From positions 28,832,001-28,896,000 of the forward strand of contig CM059432.1 of NCBI GenBank assembly GCA_030390025.1: a stretch of 64,000 nt of DNA, in the 5' to 3' direction. The position numbers and the translations under genes were made by a program. This stretch comes from Squalus acanthias. Lineage: Eukaryota. Shown one piece after another: positions 1-13,489 of the stretch (its first letter is position 1; every line of letters begins with the position of its first letter). The notes beneath the pieces are model-generated. The model saw only the letters and a list, made by a program, of their open reading frames with translations, was not told the DNA's origin and did no database searches.

Positions 1-430
1 GACACAGCAGACCGCTTGATCGGCACCCCATCTACCATCTTAAACATTCACACCCTCCACCACCAACACAACATGGCTGCAGTGTGTACCATCTATAAGA
101 TGCGCTGCAGCAACTCGCCAAGGCTTCTTCGACTGCACCTCCCAAACCCATGACCTTCACCACCTAGAAGGACAAGGGCAGCAGGCGCATGGGAACAACA
201 CCACCTCCAAGTTACACACCATCCTGACTTGGAAATATATCACCTTCCTTTATCGTCGCTGGATCAAAATCCTGGAACTCCCTACATAACAGCATTGTGG
301 GAGTACCTTCACCACACTGACTGCAGCAGTTCAGGAAGGTGGATCACCATCACCTTCTCAAGGGCAATTGGGTATGGGGAATAAATGCTGGCCTTGCCAG
401 CGCCGCTCCCATCCCGTGAATGAACACATG
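1..430 (+). mobile_element. 3' end of a CR1/Jockey-group LINE ('family B'), degenerate RT C-terminus and 3' UTR
   Basis: Closely similar to the 3' parts of the copies at 3705-4800 (-), 51550-51870 and 54700-55120 (LIGTPSTILNIH...CTIYKMxCSNSPRLL). Confidence 0.8.
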
Positions 431-544
431 CATTTTTTTTTTAAAAAGGTCTTTATATTCAATCTTTGACAGACATTATATACTCGCATTTCCAGTATGC
501 GTCGCAGATAGCATTCAGGAACCTGATGGAATATGAAACTCGGA

Positions 545-1403
545 AATGTAGTAAACAATGAGGAAGATAGTAACAGACTTCAGGAGGACACACTCAGACT
601 TGTAAAATGGGCAGACACAGAGCAGATGAAATTTAAAGCAGAGAAGTGTGAAATTTTGGTAGGAAGAATGAGGACAGGCAATATGAACTAAATGGTATAA
701 TTTTAAAGGGGTGCAGGAACAGAGAGACCTAGAGGTTCACATACACAAATCTTTGAAGGTGGCAGGACAAGTTGAGAAAGCTGTTAAGCATATGGGATCC
801 TTGGCTTTATTAAGAGAGGGATAGCGTTCAAAAACAAGGAAGTTATGCTAAATCTTTATAAAACGCTGGTTAGTCCTCAGCAGGAGTATTGTGTTCAATT
901 CTGTGCACCACACTTTAGGAATGATGTCAAGGCCTTGGAGAAGGTGCAGAAGACATTTACTAGAATGATACCAGGGATAAGGGACTTCAGTTATGTACAG
1001 AGACTGGAAAAGCTGAGGTTGTTCTCCTTAGAGCAAAGAAGGTTAAAAGGAGATTTGATAGGTGGTGTTCAAAATCATGAATGTTTTTGATAGAGTAAAT
1101 AAGGAAAAACGGTTGCCAGTGGCAGAAAGGTCAGTAACCAGGTAACTGTCAAAAGACCAGAGGCGACATGAGGACACAGCGAGTTGTTGTGATCTGGAAT
1201 GCACTTCCTGAAAGTGTGGTGGAAACCAATTCAATAGTAACATTCAAAAGAGAATTGGATGAACACTTGAAGGCAAAAAAATTCACAGGGCTATGGGGAA
1301 AGAACAGGGAAGTGGAATTAACTGGTAGCTCCACCAAAGAGCCAGCGCAGGCATGATGGGCTAAATGGCCGCCTTCTGTTCTACATCATTCTATGATTCT
1401 ATG
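545..1403 (+). mobile_element. CR1 LINE 3' fragment (ORF2 C-terminus and tail)
   Basis: LYKTLVSPQQEYCVQF...LFSLEQRRLKGDLI...QRVVVIWNALP motifs; ends in (attctatg)n tail at ~1388-1403. Confidence 0.85.
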
Positions 1404-1752
1404 AATCGATTCCAATTCTTAATTGGAGGCCAATAAATAGGAACCCAAATGCAGCACTAGTTGGAATCAGTTAACGCAACACAGACCTAAAGCTTAGGTT
1501 ACACACCAAGTGGTACCATTGCCCACTAAACCCTGTATTACATAGGAATTATAGGACAAAAAAGACCAAAGTCCATCTAGTTTAGCTTCTACCATCCTGG
1601 TAGTCACAATAATAATGGAGCTGTTGACTAATCATGGCAGTTTGCCTCCTATCCATGTGGGTAGTGGAAATCAGACCAATGTAAAAAATTTAGTTTATTT
1701 TTCAAATTACAGCAGTGTGATCGCTAACAAATAGAAACCTATAAAAGCATAC

Positions 1753-1816
1753 CTGAGGTATTTCATCATCCTCAACAGCTTCCTCCACTTTCAGCTTCTT
1801 GGGTTTGGCCACTGAC
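1753..1816 (-). CDS. Exon of unidentified host gene (SVAKPKKLKVEEAVEDDEIPQ)
   Basis: Minus strand tttatttttag|G...CAG|gtatgc; 64 bp, phase 2 to 0, compatible with the exon at 17966-18058. Confidence 0.8.
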
Positions 1817-1911
1817 CTAAAAATAAAGCAGAAGAGGTAAATGTTTTTTTTAAAAAAGCTAGTAATCAGAAAATTTAAGCCATACTGACCCATATTGAGG
1901 GAACATGTTTT

Positions 1912-2280
1912 GAAGTGTCAGCTTGCTCAGTTAGCAGCATTCTTGCCATCTGAATCAAAAGCTTGCAAGTTTCAACCCCATTCGAGGCTGACACTCTAGC
2001 ACTGTCATTACACAAAGCTCTTGTCTGCCTTTCAGGTGGATATTAAAGATTCCATGGCTGTATTTGAAGAACAATAAGTTCTCAGCATTCTGGCCAATAA
2101 TCTTCCCTCAGGCAACAGGACGCCAAAAATATAAACTGGACATTCATCACATTGCTGTTTGTAGGATCTTGCTGTTGGCAAAATGGTTGCTCTATCATTA
2201 CAATGCATTTCAAAGTGATTACTTAGATGTGAAGCGCTTCAAGACATGAGGGGCAGGACAAAACACAAATGTTTCTTTAT
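1912..2280 (+). mobile_element. Degenerate tRNA-derived SINE (Deu/SacSINE1-like)
   Basis: Degenerate A box (gctcagttag) and B box (gtttcaaccc); body similar to the copies at 14474-14870 and 37690-38152. Confidence 0.6.
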
Positions 2281-3704
2281 AAAATGAAAAAAAACACAGA
2301 AAATTACAATAAAAAATTATTCCAAGCGCTCACACAATGGCTGATTTGGCAAAACAAATACGACTGGGCCATCGGAACCAGGTGGTTTCTGGGTTGAGTT
2401 CAGCTAGGATGACAGGTAGGGGCCTCAGTCTAGGGGGTTGTTTGGTGGGTAATATCTTCAGTTCTGTGCTGCTGTGATCACAATCCAATGATACCTGCTG
2501 GAAAGGTTTACTTATGTGGGCAAGGATAGGATAGGCCTCAACTGTGAAGCCCCCATTCAAGTAGATTGCCGACACTCATGGCCTGGGCTCACACGGAAAG
2601 AATGCTAACTTATGTAAGTTATCGGAGCATGCCTAGCACCCACAGAATCATAACTGATAGAAGCCAGCAGCTTAAGGGAGAAAGCACACACCCCTTTTTC
2701 CAAGCTTCAACAGTTACTCAATTTATTATGCACAACCCTTATACCCTAGAAATGTTTTCACATTTTAAACTGATTGGGAAGCAAATTGCCCGAGCTTATC
2801 CTATGAGTGAGGGAATGAAGATGCAAAATGGCTGCACACTGGAGAGATTACCAGCTCTACAATATTCTATATAAACCCATATTGGTTTCACTAATTAAAA
2901 TCAAGAGCCCACCCTCTTAACATAGATGTAGTTAGGCAGTTAATCCTATGCAAGATTATGACTGAAGCAGTACGAGCATTGTTGCCATCTAAGACACCTC
3001 CACATTTGTAAGGAACAGAACAGCTGCTGCAGATGCATCTCAACATTCTGTATCAATGCAAAGAATTCTGCCCAGAGCAGAACAAACATGTTCACTTGCC
3101 TAGCCATCACCATTTATACCTCTAGCCCTTGAAATCACCAGATGCTCAAACTCAAATAGCCATTCCCTGCCGAACTAGGATAGTTAAAGCATGCAATGGG
3201 CTCATTCTGTGGGATTCCAATATTCGTTCTTCAGGCCTTTCTGTGCTCTTAACCATTACAGTGTAAAGCTTGAGGGAAAAGCTGTCTTCATTACACATGC
3301 TGTTATGGCATCTAACTTCCTTTCTTCCATTTCTGACCAACTTGTCACTGCTGACTAAAGTATTTATTTCCCTCTTCTCTATTCCTACATCCCCGTGAAA
3401 CAAAGCGTGAAAGTAAGTTCTGTAAGCACCCAAGGCTAAACCGCTTCATTCCACGCTTTCCTCCACTTCATGCCGTGCACTCCTTGTCTATAGCATTATG
3501 TATAGAACACTACTGGGTACATTGCCAATGGAAACTGAAGTCACATTGGCACAAGTGTGACATCACTCAACCTCACAAAGGTGGTTTCATTAAGTCTCAG
3601 AAATTCTCAAGCCTACTCTCAAAATTATTTACTGGCAAGAAAGTTGGGTATGGTACCCTAGTAGTTATGGCACTGGACTGACAACCCACGGATCATGAGT
3701 ATTG

Positions 3705-5842
3705 TTTTTTATTCGTTCATGGGATGTGGGTGCCACTGGCAAGGCCATCATATATTGCCCATCGCTAGTTGCCCTTGAAAAGGTGGTGGTGAGCCGCCTT
3801 CTTGAACCACTGCAGTCCATGTGGTGAAAGTACTCCCACAGTGCTGTTAGGGAGGGAGTTCCAGGGTTTTGACCCAGCGGCGATGAAGGAATGGCGATAT
3901 ACTTCCAAGTCAGGATGGTGTGTGATTTGGAGGTGGTGGTGATCCCACGCGCCTGTTGCCCTTGTCCTTTTAGGTGGTAGAGGTCGCGGGTTTGGGAGGT
4001 GCTGCCGAAGAAGCCTTGGCGAGTTGCTGCAGTGCATCTTGTAGATGGTACACACTGCAGCCACGGTACTCGTGGAGGGAGTGAGTGAATGTTTAAGGTA
4101 GTGGATGGGGTGCCAATCAAGTGGGCTGCTTTGTCTTGGATGGTGTCGAGCTTCTTGAGTGTTGTTGGAGCTGCACTCATCCAGGCAAGTGGAGAGTATT
4201 CCATCACACTCCTGACTTGTGCCTTGTAGATGGTGGAAAGGCTTTGGGGAGTCAGGAGGTGAGACACTCGCCGCAGAATACCCAGCCTTTCACCTGCTCT
4301 TGTAGCCACAGTATTTATGTGACTGGTCGAGTTAAGTTTCTGGTCAATGGTGACCCCCCAGGATATTGATGGTGGGGGATTCGGCAATGGTAATGCCGTT
4401 GAATGTCAAGGATCGGTGGTTAGATGCTTGCTTGTTGGAGATAGTCATTGCCTGGCACTTGAGGCGCGAATGTTACCTGCCACTTATCAGCGCAAGCCTG
4501 ATTGTCATCCAGGTCTTGCTGCATGCGGGCATGGATTGCTTCAGTATCTGAGGAGTTACGAATGGCGCTGAACACTTCAGTGCTCAGCAAACATCCCCAT
4601 TTCTGACCTTATGTTGAAGGGAAGGTCATTGATGAAGCAGCTGAAGATGGTTGGGCCTAGGACACGGCCCTGAGAAACTCCTGTTGTGATGTCCTGGGGC
4701 TGAGATGATTGATCTCCAACCACCACAACCATCTTCCTTTGTGCTAGGTATGACTCCAGCCAGTGGAAAGTTACCCCCCCCACCCCCGATTCCCATTGAT
4801 TTTAGTTTTAGAAACATAGAAAAATAGGAGCAGGAGTAGGCCATTCGGCCCTTCGAGCCTGCTCCGCCATTCAATATGATCATGGCTGATCCTCTATCTC
4901 AATACCATAGTCCCGCTCTCTCCTCATACCCCTTGATGCCTTTTGTCTAGAAATCGATCTATCTACTTCTTAAATCCATTCAGTGACTTGACCTCCACAG
5001 CCTTCTGTGGTTGAGAATTCCACAGGTTCACCACCCTCAGTGAAGAAATTTCTCCTCATCTCAGTCCTAAATGTCCTACCCCGTATCCTGAGATTGTGAG
5101 CCCTTGTTCTAGACCCCCCAGCCAGGGGAAACATCCTCCCTGCAGCCAGTCTGTCTAGCCCTGTCAGAATTTTATACGTTTCAATGAGATCCCCTCTCAT
5201 TCTTCTAAACTCTAGTGAATAAGGTCTAGTCGACCCAATCTCTCCTCATACGACAGTCCTGCCATCCCAAGAATCAGTCTGGTGAACCTTCGCTGCACTC
5301 CCTCTATGGCAAGTATATCCTTTCTAAGGTAAGGAGACCAAAACTGCACACAGTACTCCAGGTGTGGTCTCACCAAGGCCCTGTATAACTGTAGTAAGAC
5401 TTCCTTGCTCCTGTACTCAAATCCTCTTGCAATGAAGGTCAACATACCATTTGCCTTCCTAACTGCTTGCTGCACCTGCATGTTTGCTTCCAGTGACTAG
5501 TGTACAAGGACACCCAGGTCCCTCTGTACATCAACATTTCCCAATCTATCACCGTTTCAATAATTTACTAGGGCTCCTTGATGCCACACTCGGTCAAATG
5601 CTGCCTTGATGTCAAGGGCAGTCACTCTCACCTCACCTCTGGAATTCAGTTATTTTTGTCCATGTTTGGACCAAGGCTGTAATGAGGTCTAGAGCAGAGT
5701 GGTCCTGGCAGAACCCAAACTGAGCATCAGTAAGCAGGTTATTGGTGAGCAAGTGCTGCTTGATAGCACTGTCGACGACACCTTCCATCACTTTACTGAT
5801 GATTGAGAGTAGACTGATGGGGCGGTAATTGGCTGGATTGTA
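3705..5842 (-). mobile_element. 'Family B' CR1/Jockey-group LINE RT region, interrupted by a nested CR1 at 4811-5562
   Basis: NYRPISLLSIISKVME, VLGPTIFSCFINDLP and YKAQVRSVMEYSPLAW motifs in ORFs 5633-5869, 4577-4783 and 3665-4387. Confidence 0.85.
4811..5562 (-). mobile_element. 5'-truncated CR1 LINE nested in the family B LINE
   Basis: ORFs 5212-5481 and 4970-5200 (LYRALVRPHLEYCVQFWSP, MRGDLIETYKI); CR1 3' tail at 4811-4830. Confidence 0.9.
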
Positions 5843-8800
5843 ATTTAGTAATCTAAAGAGAAAGGTCAAGGCAATAGAGCAGTGTAGTGATTTGGGTAAA
5901 AATAAGCAGAGTGTGACAGGAAGGGACAGAGTTTAATGGTAGCAGTGCAGCAGAGAATAAGGTCAAAGCAGGGAATAATGGTAAAAAAATTAAATTAAAG
6001 GCTCTTTATCTGAATGCACGAAGCATTCGTTACAAGATAGACGAACTAGTGGCACAAATAGATATAAATGGGTTTGATCTAATAGCCATTACAGAGACGT
6101 GGTTGCAAGGTGGCCAAGGTTGGGAACTAAATGTTCCAGGGTACTTGACGTTTTGAAAAGACAGGCAGAATGCAAAAGGAGGGGGAGTAGCCCTGATAAT
6201 AAAGGATGACATAAGGACAGTAGCGAGAAAGGATCTCGGCTCGGAAGATCAGGAAGTAGAAACCAAATGGGTGGAGATAAGAAATAACAAGGGGCAGAAA
6301 ACACTGGTAGGCCCCCCAATAGTAGCTATACCGTTGGACAGAATAGTAATCAAGAAATAGTAGGAGCTTGCAACAAAGGTAATGCAATAATCTTGGGGGA
6401 CTTTTATCTTCATATAGACTGGACAAATCAAATTGGCAAAGGTAGTCTGGAGGACGAGTTCATGGAATGCATTCGGGATAGCTTCCGAGAACAATATGTC
6501 ATCGAACCAACCAGGGAACAGGCTATTTTAGATCTTGTATTGTGTAATGAGACAGGGTTAATTAGCAATCTCATAGTAAAGGATCCTTTGGGGCAGTGAT
6601 CATATGACAGAATTTCACCTTAATTTTGAGTGACTTGCCAAAGTCCAAAACTAGAGTCTTAAACTTAAATAAAGTCAATTACACAGGTATGAGGAGTGAG
6701 TTGGCTAAGGTAGATTGGAAAAATAGATTAACAGGTATGGCAGTAGATAAGCAGTGGCTAGCATTTAAAGAAATATTTCATAATTCTCATCAAAAATACA
6801 TTCCATTGAGGAACAAAAACTCCACAGGAAAAGTGATCTAACCGTGGCTAACTAAAGAAGTTAAGGATAGCATTAGTTTGAAAGAAGAAGCTTATAATGT
6901 TGCAAAGAATAGTAAACCTGAGGATTGGGAGAGTTTCAGAAACCAGCAAAGGTTGACCAAAAAATTGATAAAAAGGGAGAAAATAAAATGAGAGAAAACT
7001 AGCAAGAAATATAAAAGTAGATTGTAAGAGCTTCTACAAGTATGCAAAAAAGGAAGAGAGTAGCAAAAGTAAATGTTGGTCCCTTAGAGGCTGAGACAGG
7101 AGAAATTATTATGGGGAATAAGGAAATGGCAGAAACGTTGAACAAATATTTTGTATCTGTCTTCACAGCAGAAGACACAAAAAGCATACCAAAAATGGTG
7201 GGGAACCAAGGGTCTAATGAGGGTGAGGAACTTAACGTAATTAATATAAGTAGAGAAAAAGTACTAGAGAAACTAATAGGACTAAAAGCCGACAAATCCC
7301 CTGGACCCGACGGCCTACATCCTAGGGTTCTAAAAGAGGTGGCTGAAGAGATAGTGGATGCATTGACGTTGATCTTCCAAAATTCCCTAGATTCTAGAAT
7401 GGTCCCACCAGATTGGAAGGTCGCAAATGTAACACCGCTATTCAAGAAAGGAGGGAGAGAAAAAACAGGGAATTACAGACTAGTTAGCCTGACATCAGTC
7501 GTTGGAAAAATGCTGGAATCCATTGTTAAGGAATTGGTATCAGGGCACTTAGAAAATCATAACATGATTAGGCAGAGTCAACATGGTTTTATGAAAGGGA
7601 AATCGTGTTTGACAAATTTTAGAGTTTTTTTGAGGATGTAACTAGCAGGGTAGATAAAGGGGAACCAGTGGCTGTAGTATATTTGGATTTCCAAAAGGCA
7701 TTTGATAAGGTGCCACATAAAATGTTATTACACATGATTAGGGCTCATGGGGGTTGGGGGTAATATAGTAGCATGGATAGAGGATTGGTTAATGGACAGA
7801 AAAGAGAGTAGGGATAAATGGATCTTTTTCAGGTTGGCAGGCTGTAACTAGTGGGGTGACGCAAGCATCAGTGTTGGGGCCTCAGCTATTTACAATCTAT
7901 ATTAATGGCCTAGATGAAGGGACCGGGTGTAATGTATCCAAGTTTGCTGATGATACAAAGATAGGTGGGACAGTAAGCTGTGAGGAGAACACAAAGTCTG
8001 CAAAGGGATATAGATGGACTAAGTGAGTGGGCAGTAAGGTGGCAAATGGAGTATAATGTAGGGAAATGTGAGGTTATTCACTTTGGTAGGAAGAATAGAA
8101 AAACGGGATATTTTTTAAATGGTGAGAAAATTTCAAATGTTGGTGTTCAGAGAGATTTGGGTGTCCTCGTACAAGAAACACAGAAAGCTAGCATGCAGGT
8201 ACAGCAAGCAACAAGGAAGGCAAATAGCATGTTGGCCTTTATGGCAAAGGGGTTGGAGTATAAGAGTAAGGAAGTCTTGCTACAATTGTACAGGGCCTTG
8301 GTGAGACCACACCTGGAGTGCACAGTTTTGGTCTCTTTATCTAAGGAAGGATATACTTGCCTTGGAGGCGGTGCACTGAAGGTTCACTAGATTGATTCCT
8401 GCGATGAGCGGGCTGTCCTATGAGGAGAGATTGTGTAGAATGGGCCTATACTCTCTGGAGTTTAGAAGAATGAGAGGTGATCTCATTGAAACATACAAGA
8501 TTCTGAAGGGGATTGACAGGGTAGATGCTGAGAGGTTGTTTCCCCTGGTTGGAGTGTTTAGAACTAGGGGGCATAGTCTCAGGATAAGGGGTAACCATTT
8601 AAGACCGAGATGAGGAGGAATTTCTTCACTCAGAGGGTTGTGAATCTTTGGAATTCTCTGCCCCAGAGGGCTGTGCTTTGAGTCTTTGAGTATATTCAAG
8701 GCTGAGATAGATAGGTTTTTGGGCTTTTGGGGAATCAAGGGATATGGAGATCAGGTGGGAAAGTGGAGTTGAGGTCGATAATCAGCCATGATCTTATTGA

Positions 8801-8858
8801 ATGGCGGAGCAGGCTCGAGGGGCCGTATGGCCTACCCCTGCTCTTATTTCTTATGTTC
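5843..8858 (+). mobile_element. CR1 LINE, near-complete but disrupted ORF2 (APE endonuclease and RT) with 3' tail
   Basis: Endonuclease motifs (YLNARS, AITETWL, GDF...LDLVL) at 6000-6600; RT motifs (KSPGPDGLHP, QHGFMKGKSCLTN, KFADDTK); tail ttcttatgttctt at ~8848-8860. Confidence 0.92.
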
Positions 8859-10335
8859 TTGGGAAGGATCTGCATGTAGTGAGACACTGGGCATAAGTGC
8901 ACAGGAGCCAAGGCGGGGGGGGGGGGGGGGGGGGGGGGGGGGTGGGGGGGGGGGAGGAATCAGAGGAGGATTGTGATGGGTCAGGCGACAGACGACGGGT
9001 GTACATAACCAAATGCTTGATGAACTGGAAAGCCTGCGCACAATATCAAGGAGCATGGAGGAGTCCAGCACCACAGGGCTTTCGCGCGGAGCTTGGAACC
9101 CAGCCTTTCCAACATGCAATGGGTCGGCACCTGCATCAACACCTGTGTAGCCTACCATGATGCAGCATCTGATTGTGCTACAGTGCAAGCTGTGACATAG
9201 GCAAACAGCTTCCAAAAAGTCCGAATGCTGCAGTGGAAGCTCAGATTGCTGCCTTGCAAGCTCAGACTGCTGCCACCATGGCTCTGGATAACACTGTTCA
9301 AAAGGGCTTCCAGGAGTCCATCAATCTGTTCTCCAACAGATCAGTAGGACTGTTGAGGCGCCGCCCCGGGAGAGTGGCAGTGGCTCCGTGGAACATGAAC
9401 CTGCTGTCCTCTCTTAGGATGACAGCATTCCTGCTCCCACCTCTGCCACTCCACCATTGCCCTTGCCAGTCAGCCAGCCAGCGTAGACTGCTACAGCCCA
9501 GGCCGAGATGCTTGAGGTCACCCTCCAAGGCCATCTGCAGTCCCCTCAATTGAAGGTCAGTAGCCTTCCAACACCCATGCAGCAGCCATTGGGGAAGCAC
9601 CTCGTAGGACACTAGGATCAGCAAAGGCACACAGAGGACAGGCACTAAGGGGATGCACAAGGTGATTAGTTTGTTTTTGCATGCACGATAAAATGATTGA
9701 ATTTATAAAATTGAATTGGAATGTGCATTTTCTGGTGGTTTTTAATTTTATGTTGTTGGAAAGAGGACGATGTGATGGTCAGTGATAGAGGAAAGTTATG
9801 CACTGTTGGAAGATGTGATTGAGGTTACTGGTATCGCTCATGAATTATTTGATCATGTAGAGCCCAAGCAGAATGAGATTGTCTACATGGTAGCCTCCCT
9901 TGCTGTTCCTCCACATTCTGTTGTACTTCCTCCACTTCTTTCTCCCCCTCCTCCCTCATCTAGCAGCTTGTCCTGCTCTTCATGGCCTCTTCATTCTCCC
10001 AGTCATGCTCAATTCTCAGGAGAAGCCCTACCATGCCACCCATGTCTGGAGCAAATTGTTTCATTTTAAAACTTGTACTGAACAGAAAAGTACTTCAGCA
10101 CCAGCCAGGGCACTCCCTGAAGACTATTTAAACTTTAGCCAAGTACAGGAAAGGATCCCAAAACACATACAATTGCACCAGCAGGCAAAATAAATAATCC
10201 AGCAACTAACCTGCAGGTAGTTCATGATCCCTTTAAATAGTGCTAGTGGGGGGGGGGGGGGGTCCTTCATGCCGTTTAATGTCATGTTCAGCTGTGCAAG
10301 GTTAAGACAGGGCGTTGGCTAGAGTGTGCAGTTGG

Positions 10336-11740
10336 GAAATGTTTGACAAATTTGCTGGAGTTCTTTGAGGAAGTAACACACAGGGTGGATAAAGGGGAAC
10401 CAGTGGAGGTGGTGTATTTAGACTTCCAAAAGGCATTTGACAAGGTGCCACACAAAAGATTATTGCTTAAGATAAAAAATCACGGGATTGGGGGTAATAC
10501 TCTGGCATGGATAGAGGATTGGCTATCTAACAGAAGGCAGAGAGTTGGGATAAATGGTTCATTCTCAGACTGGCAATCAGTAACTAGTGGCGTTCCGCAG
10601 GGGTCAGTGCTAGGTCCCCAACTCTTTACAATCTATATTAACGATTTGGAGGAGAGGACCGAGTGTAACATATCAAAGTTTGCAGATGATACTAAGATGG
10701 GAGGGAAAGTAGTGAGTGAGGAGGACATAAAAAATCTGCAAGGGGACATAGACAGGCTAAGTAAGTGGGCAGAGATTTGGCAGATGGAATACAATACTGG
10801 AAAGTGTGAGGTTATGCACTTTGGCAGGAAAAATAGTAGAGCAAGTTATTATCTAAATGGCAAGAAACTGGAAAGTACTGAAGTACAAAGGGATCTGGGG
10901 GTCCTGGTGCACAAAACTCAAAAGGTTAGTATGCAGGTGCAGCAAGTGATCAAGAAGGCCAATGGAATGTTGGCTTTCATTGCTAAGGGGATAGAATATA
11001 AAAATAGGGAGGTATTGCTTCAATTGTACAAGGTATTGGTGAGACCACACCTGGAATACTGCATACAGTTTTGGTGTCCATACTTAAGAAAAGACATATT
11101 TGCTCTCGAGGCAGTACAAAGAAGGTTCACTCGGTTAATCCCGGGGATGAGGGGATGGACATATGAGGAGAGGTTGGGTAGATTGGGACTCTACTCATTG
11201 GAGTTCAGAAGAATGAGGGGCGATCTTATTGAAACATATAGGATTGTGAAGGGGTTGGATCGGGTGGATGCGGGGAGGATGTTCCCGATGATGGGTGAAA
11301 CTAGAACTAGGGGGCATAGTCTTAGAATAAGGGGCTGCTCTTTCAAAACTGAGATGAGAAGGAACTACTTCACTCAGAGGGTGGTAGGTCCATGGAATAT
11401 GCTGCCCCAAAAAGCTGTAGAAGCTACATCATTACATAAATTTAAAACAGAAATAGACAGTTTCCTAGAAGTAAAGGGAATTAAGGGTTACGGGGAGCGG
11501 GCAGGAATTTGGACGAGTCTAGGTTCGGATCGGTCATGGCCCTGTGGGTAGCGTAGCGGGCCCAGGGGCCGTGTAGCCTGATCCTGCTCCTATTTCGTGT
11601 CCCCAATTCTGTTAGGTTCAGGAGATGGTTCTGTGATAGTAGATTGGCGGTTAGGATCAGATATGATCTTATTGAATGGCGGAGCAGGCTCAAGGGGCCA
11701 ATTGGCCTACTCCTACTCCTATTTCTTATGTTCTTATGTT
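10336..11740 (+). mobile_element. Young 5'-truncated CR1 LINE with an uninterrupted 402-aa RT ORF and an extended 3' UTR
   Basis: ORF 10343-11551 (YLDFQKAFDKVPH, GVPQGSVLGP, FADDTK); (ttcttatg)n tail at ~11723-11740. Confidence 0.93.
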
Positions 11741-13489
11741 AATGGCAGCGTTTGCATCAAATTAGCATCATGACATGCCTGCTCTGCATGTTGCCGGCAG
11801 TCGTTAGGTGCATGTGCAAAACTCCTGTACCAAGATTGCGTCCTGTGCACTTCCCATCGGAAGTGTGCATGTGCATCTTGGACCCCATTTGCGAGTAGCG
11901 TCTAAAAACAGGCGCTACACAGGACAATGTAGCCCCTATTGAGAGCCAAAGAAAAAAAAACTTCTGTTGGGTTCCTGGGTCTTGCTGTGTGGAGTGCTTT
12001 GGTGTTCGACAGGGTTGATTAAGTGAGCATTTGGACCCAAGTAGCTTTTGGAGCATTTTATTTGCCTAGATTTTGCTGTAGCAGGGCATCCAACTGCATT
12101 TGCCGTTAGTTAGACTTGCCCTTGCATGTTTAGGTTTTTAAATTTTCTGTATGGCATGTTGCTGAAAGTGTGATCTGATAATGCTGCAATGAGGGAAATT
12201 GGGCACCTGGAACCTGAGTGATCAGGGCAACCAACTCTATCTCCTTAATCAATCAGATTCTAGGATTGAGAAATAAACAACACAAGGACCGAGAAGGAAG
12301 TGTAAATTAAAGTGGGTGAATTCAATGTCAAATCAGGTACGGAAAGAGAAATTAAAAAAGGAAAGAAAGATTAGATTGAGAGGGAGAATAGTGTAAAAGT
12401 TTTAAATTTGACATTTTTAAAATTTCCAACAAAAATGAATCCCGGAAGGAATGAGACTCCACACTTGTAATAGTTAATTTTCAGTGCCAGAGAGGTTAAT
12501 TGATAGTAATTAACACTTACTACATCGTTAAAAGGGTACTTGCAGTTGAAATGACAAGACTAAAATTTCTGTGGCGAGTTTAGTTCATATCTACTGTGGA
12601 AATACAGCAACTTCACGACATTCAATACATTTCAATGGTGAGGCTGACAGCGAGATGCCATTTTCACAAAAATAACGATGGAGCGGCGCAACTCGGACAG
12701 CAACTTTTGGATATTGGCATTTAAACATGTATCTGCTCCTCGCCTGAAGTAGCTGTACCATTTGCGCATAAATAACAGTGAGCACTATTAGGCTACCATT
12801 ATTTTAAGAGTGAAATCTGGCCCAATGCAACACTGAGGTACTGAGAGTATCAACTGTTTGATGCTTATGATGCGAGATACGTAGTAAGGATGGAGGTCCG
12901 CGGTTTATGACTAGGACATGACATGCCTCATCTCTGCCATTCCAACGTAACCCGAATTCTGTCTGTGCCCATTTTGGTACTCATTTTGGCTCCTGCTTGA
13001 CCCTATTACTTCTATTTTATTTTTCTTGGGCCCCTCTTTTCTACATCCTCCACTGCCTGTCGTCCAGTCATACCATCTTTCTTTACTCCCATCTTGGATA
13101 CTTTGCCTCCCCTATCCCAACCAATTGCTGCTCCTCTGCCTTTCTATTCTCCTGCCACCGCTTCAGGTTTGAATCCCCCCCTAGGTAAGGCCACAGTTAT
13201 CCTCTATGGCATTCTCTGAAGGGCTCGTCTATGTATTCGTCATTGCCTCCTTCTCTGTCGCAGCTTCCATTGATTATTCCTCCGAAGTGCCATGGAACGT
13301 TTTTCTATGTTAACGGCACCATATAAATGCAAATTGTTATAGTCAATGTCTTAAAGCCACTTGTGGTAAAGCAAAGCATGTACCAAGAACCCAGAGTGGA
13401 AAAGCTTCTAATTTTCCTGTCTTCTTCTAGTGATAATCCTGAGTAACAGTATATTTGTTCTGTGGATGTGAGTGATACTGGCAACAGCA

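Noticed and set aside
6999..7445. Long antisense ORFs over LINEs (also 33336-33860 and 14279-14881)
   Set aside because: Shadow frames of LINE and SINE sequence.
8914..8954. Poly-G run giving Gly- and Pro-rich ORFs (similar runs at 54040-54064 and 55866-55891)
   Set aside because: Homopolymer artefacts in the ORF track with no coding evidence; run lengths may be unreliable.
8860..10335. Possible Harbinger-type transposon remnant
   Set aside because: No convincing catalytic motif or TIR pair could be read.
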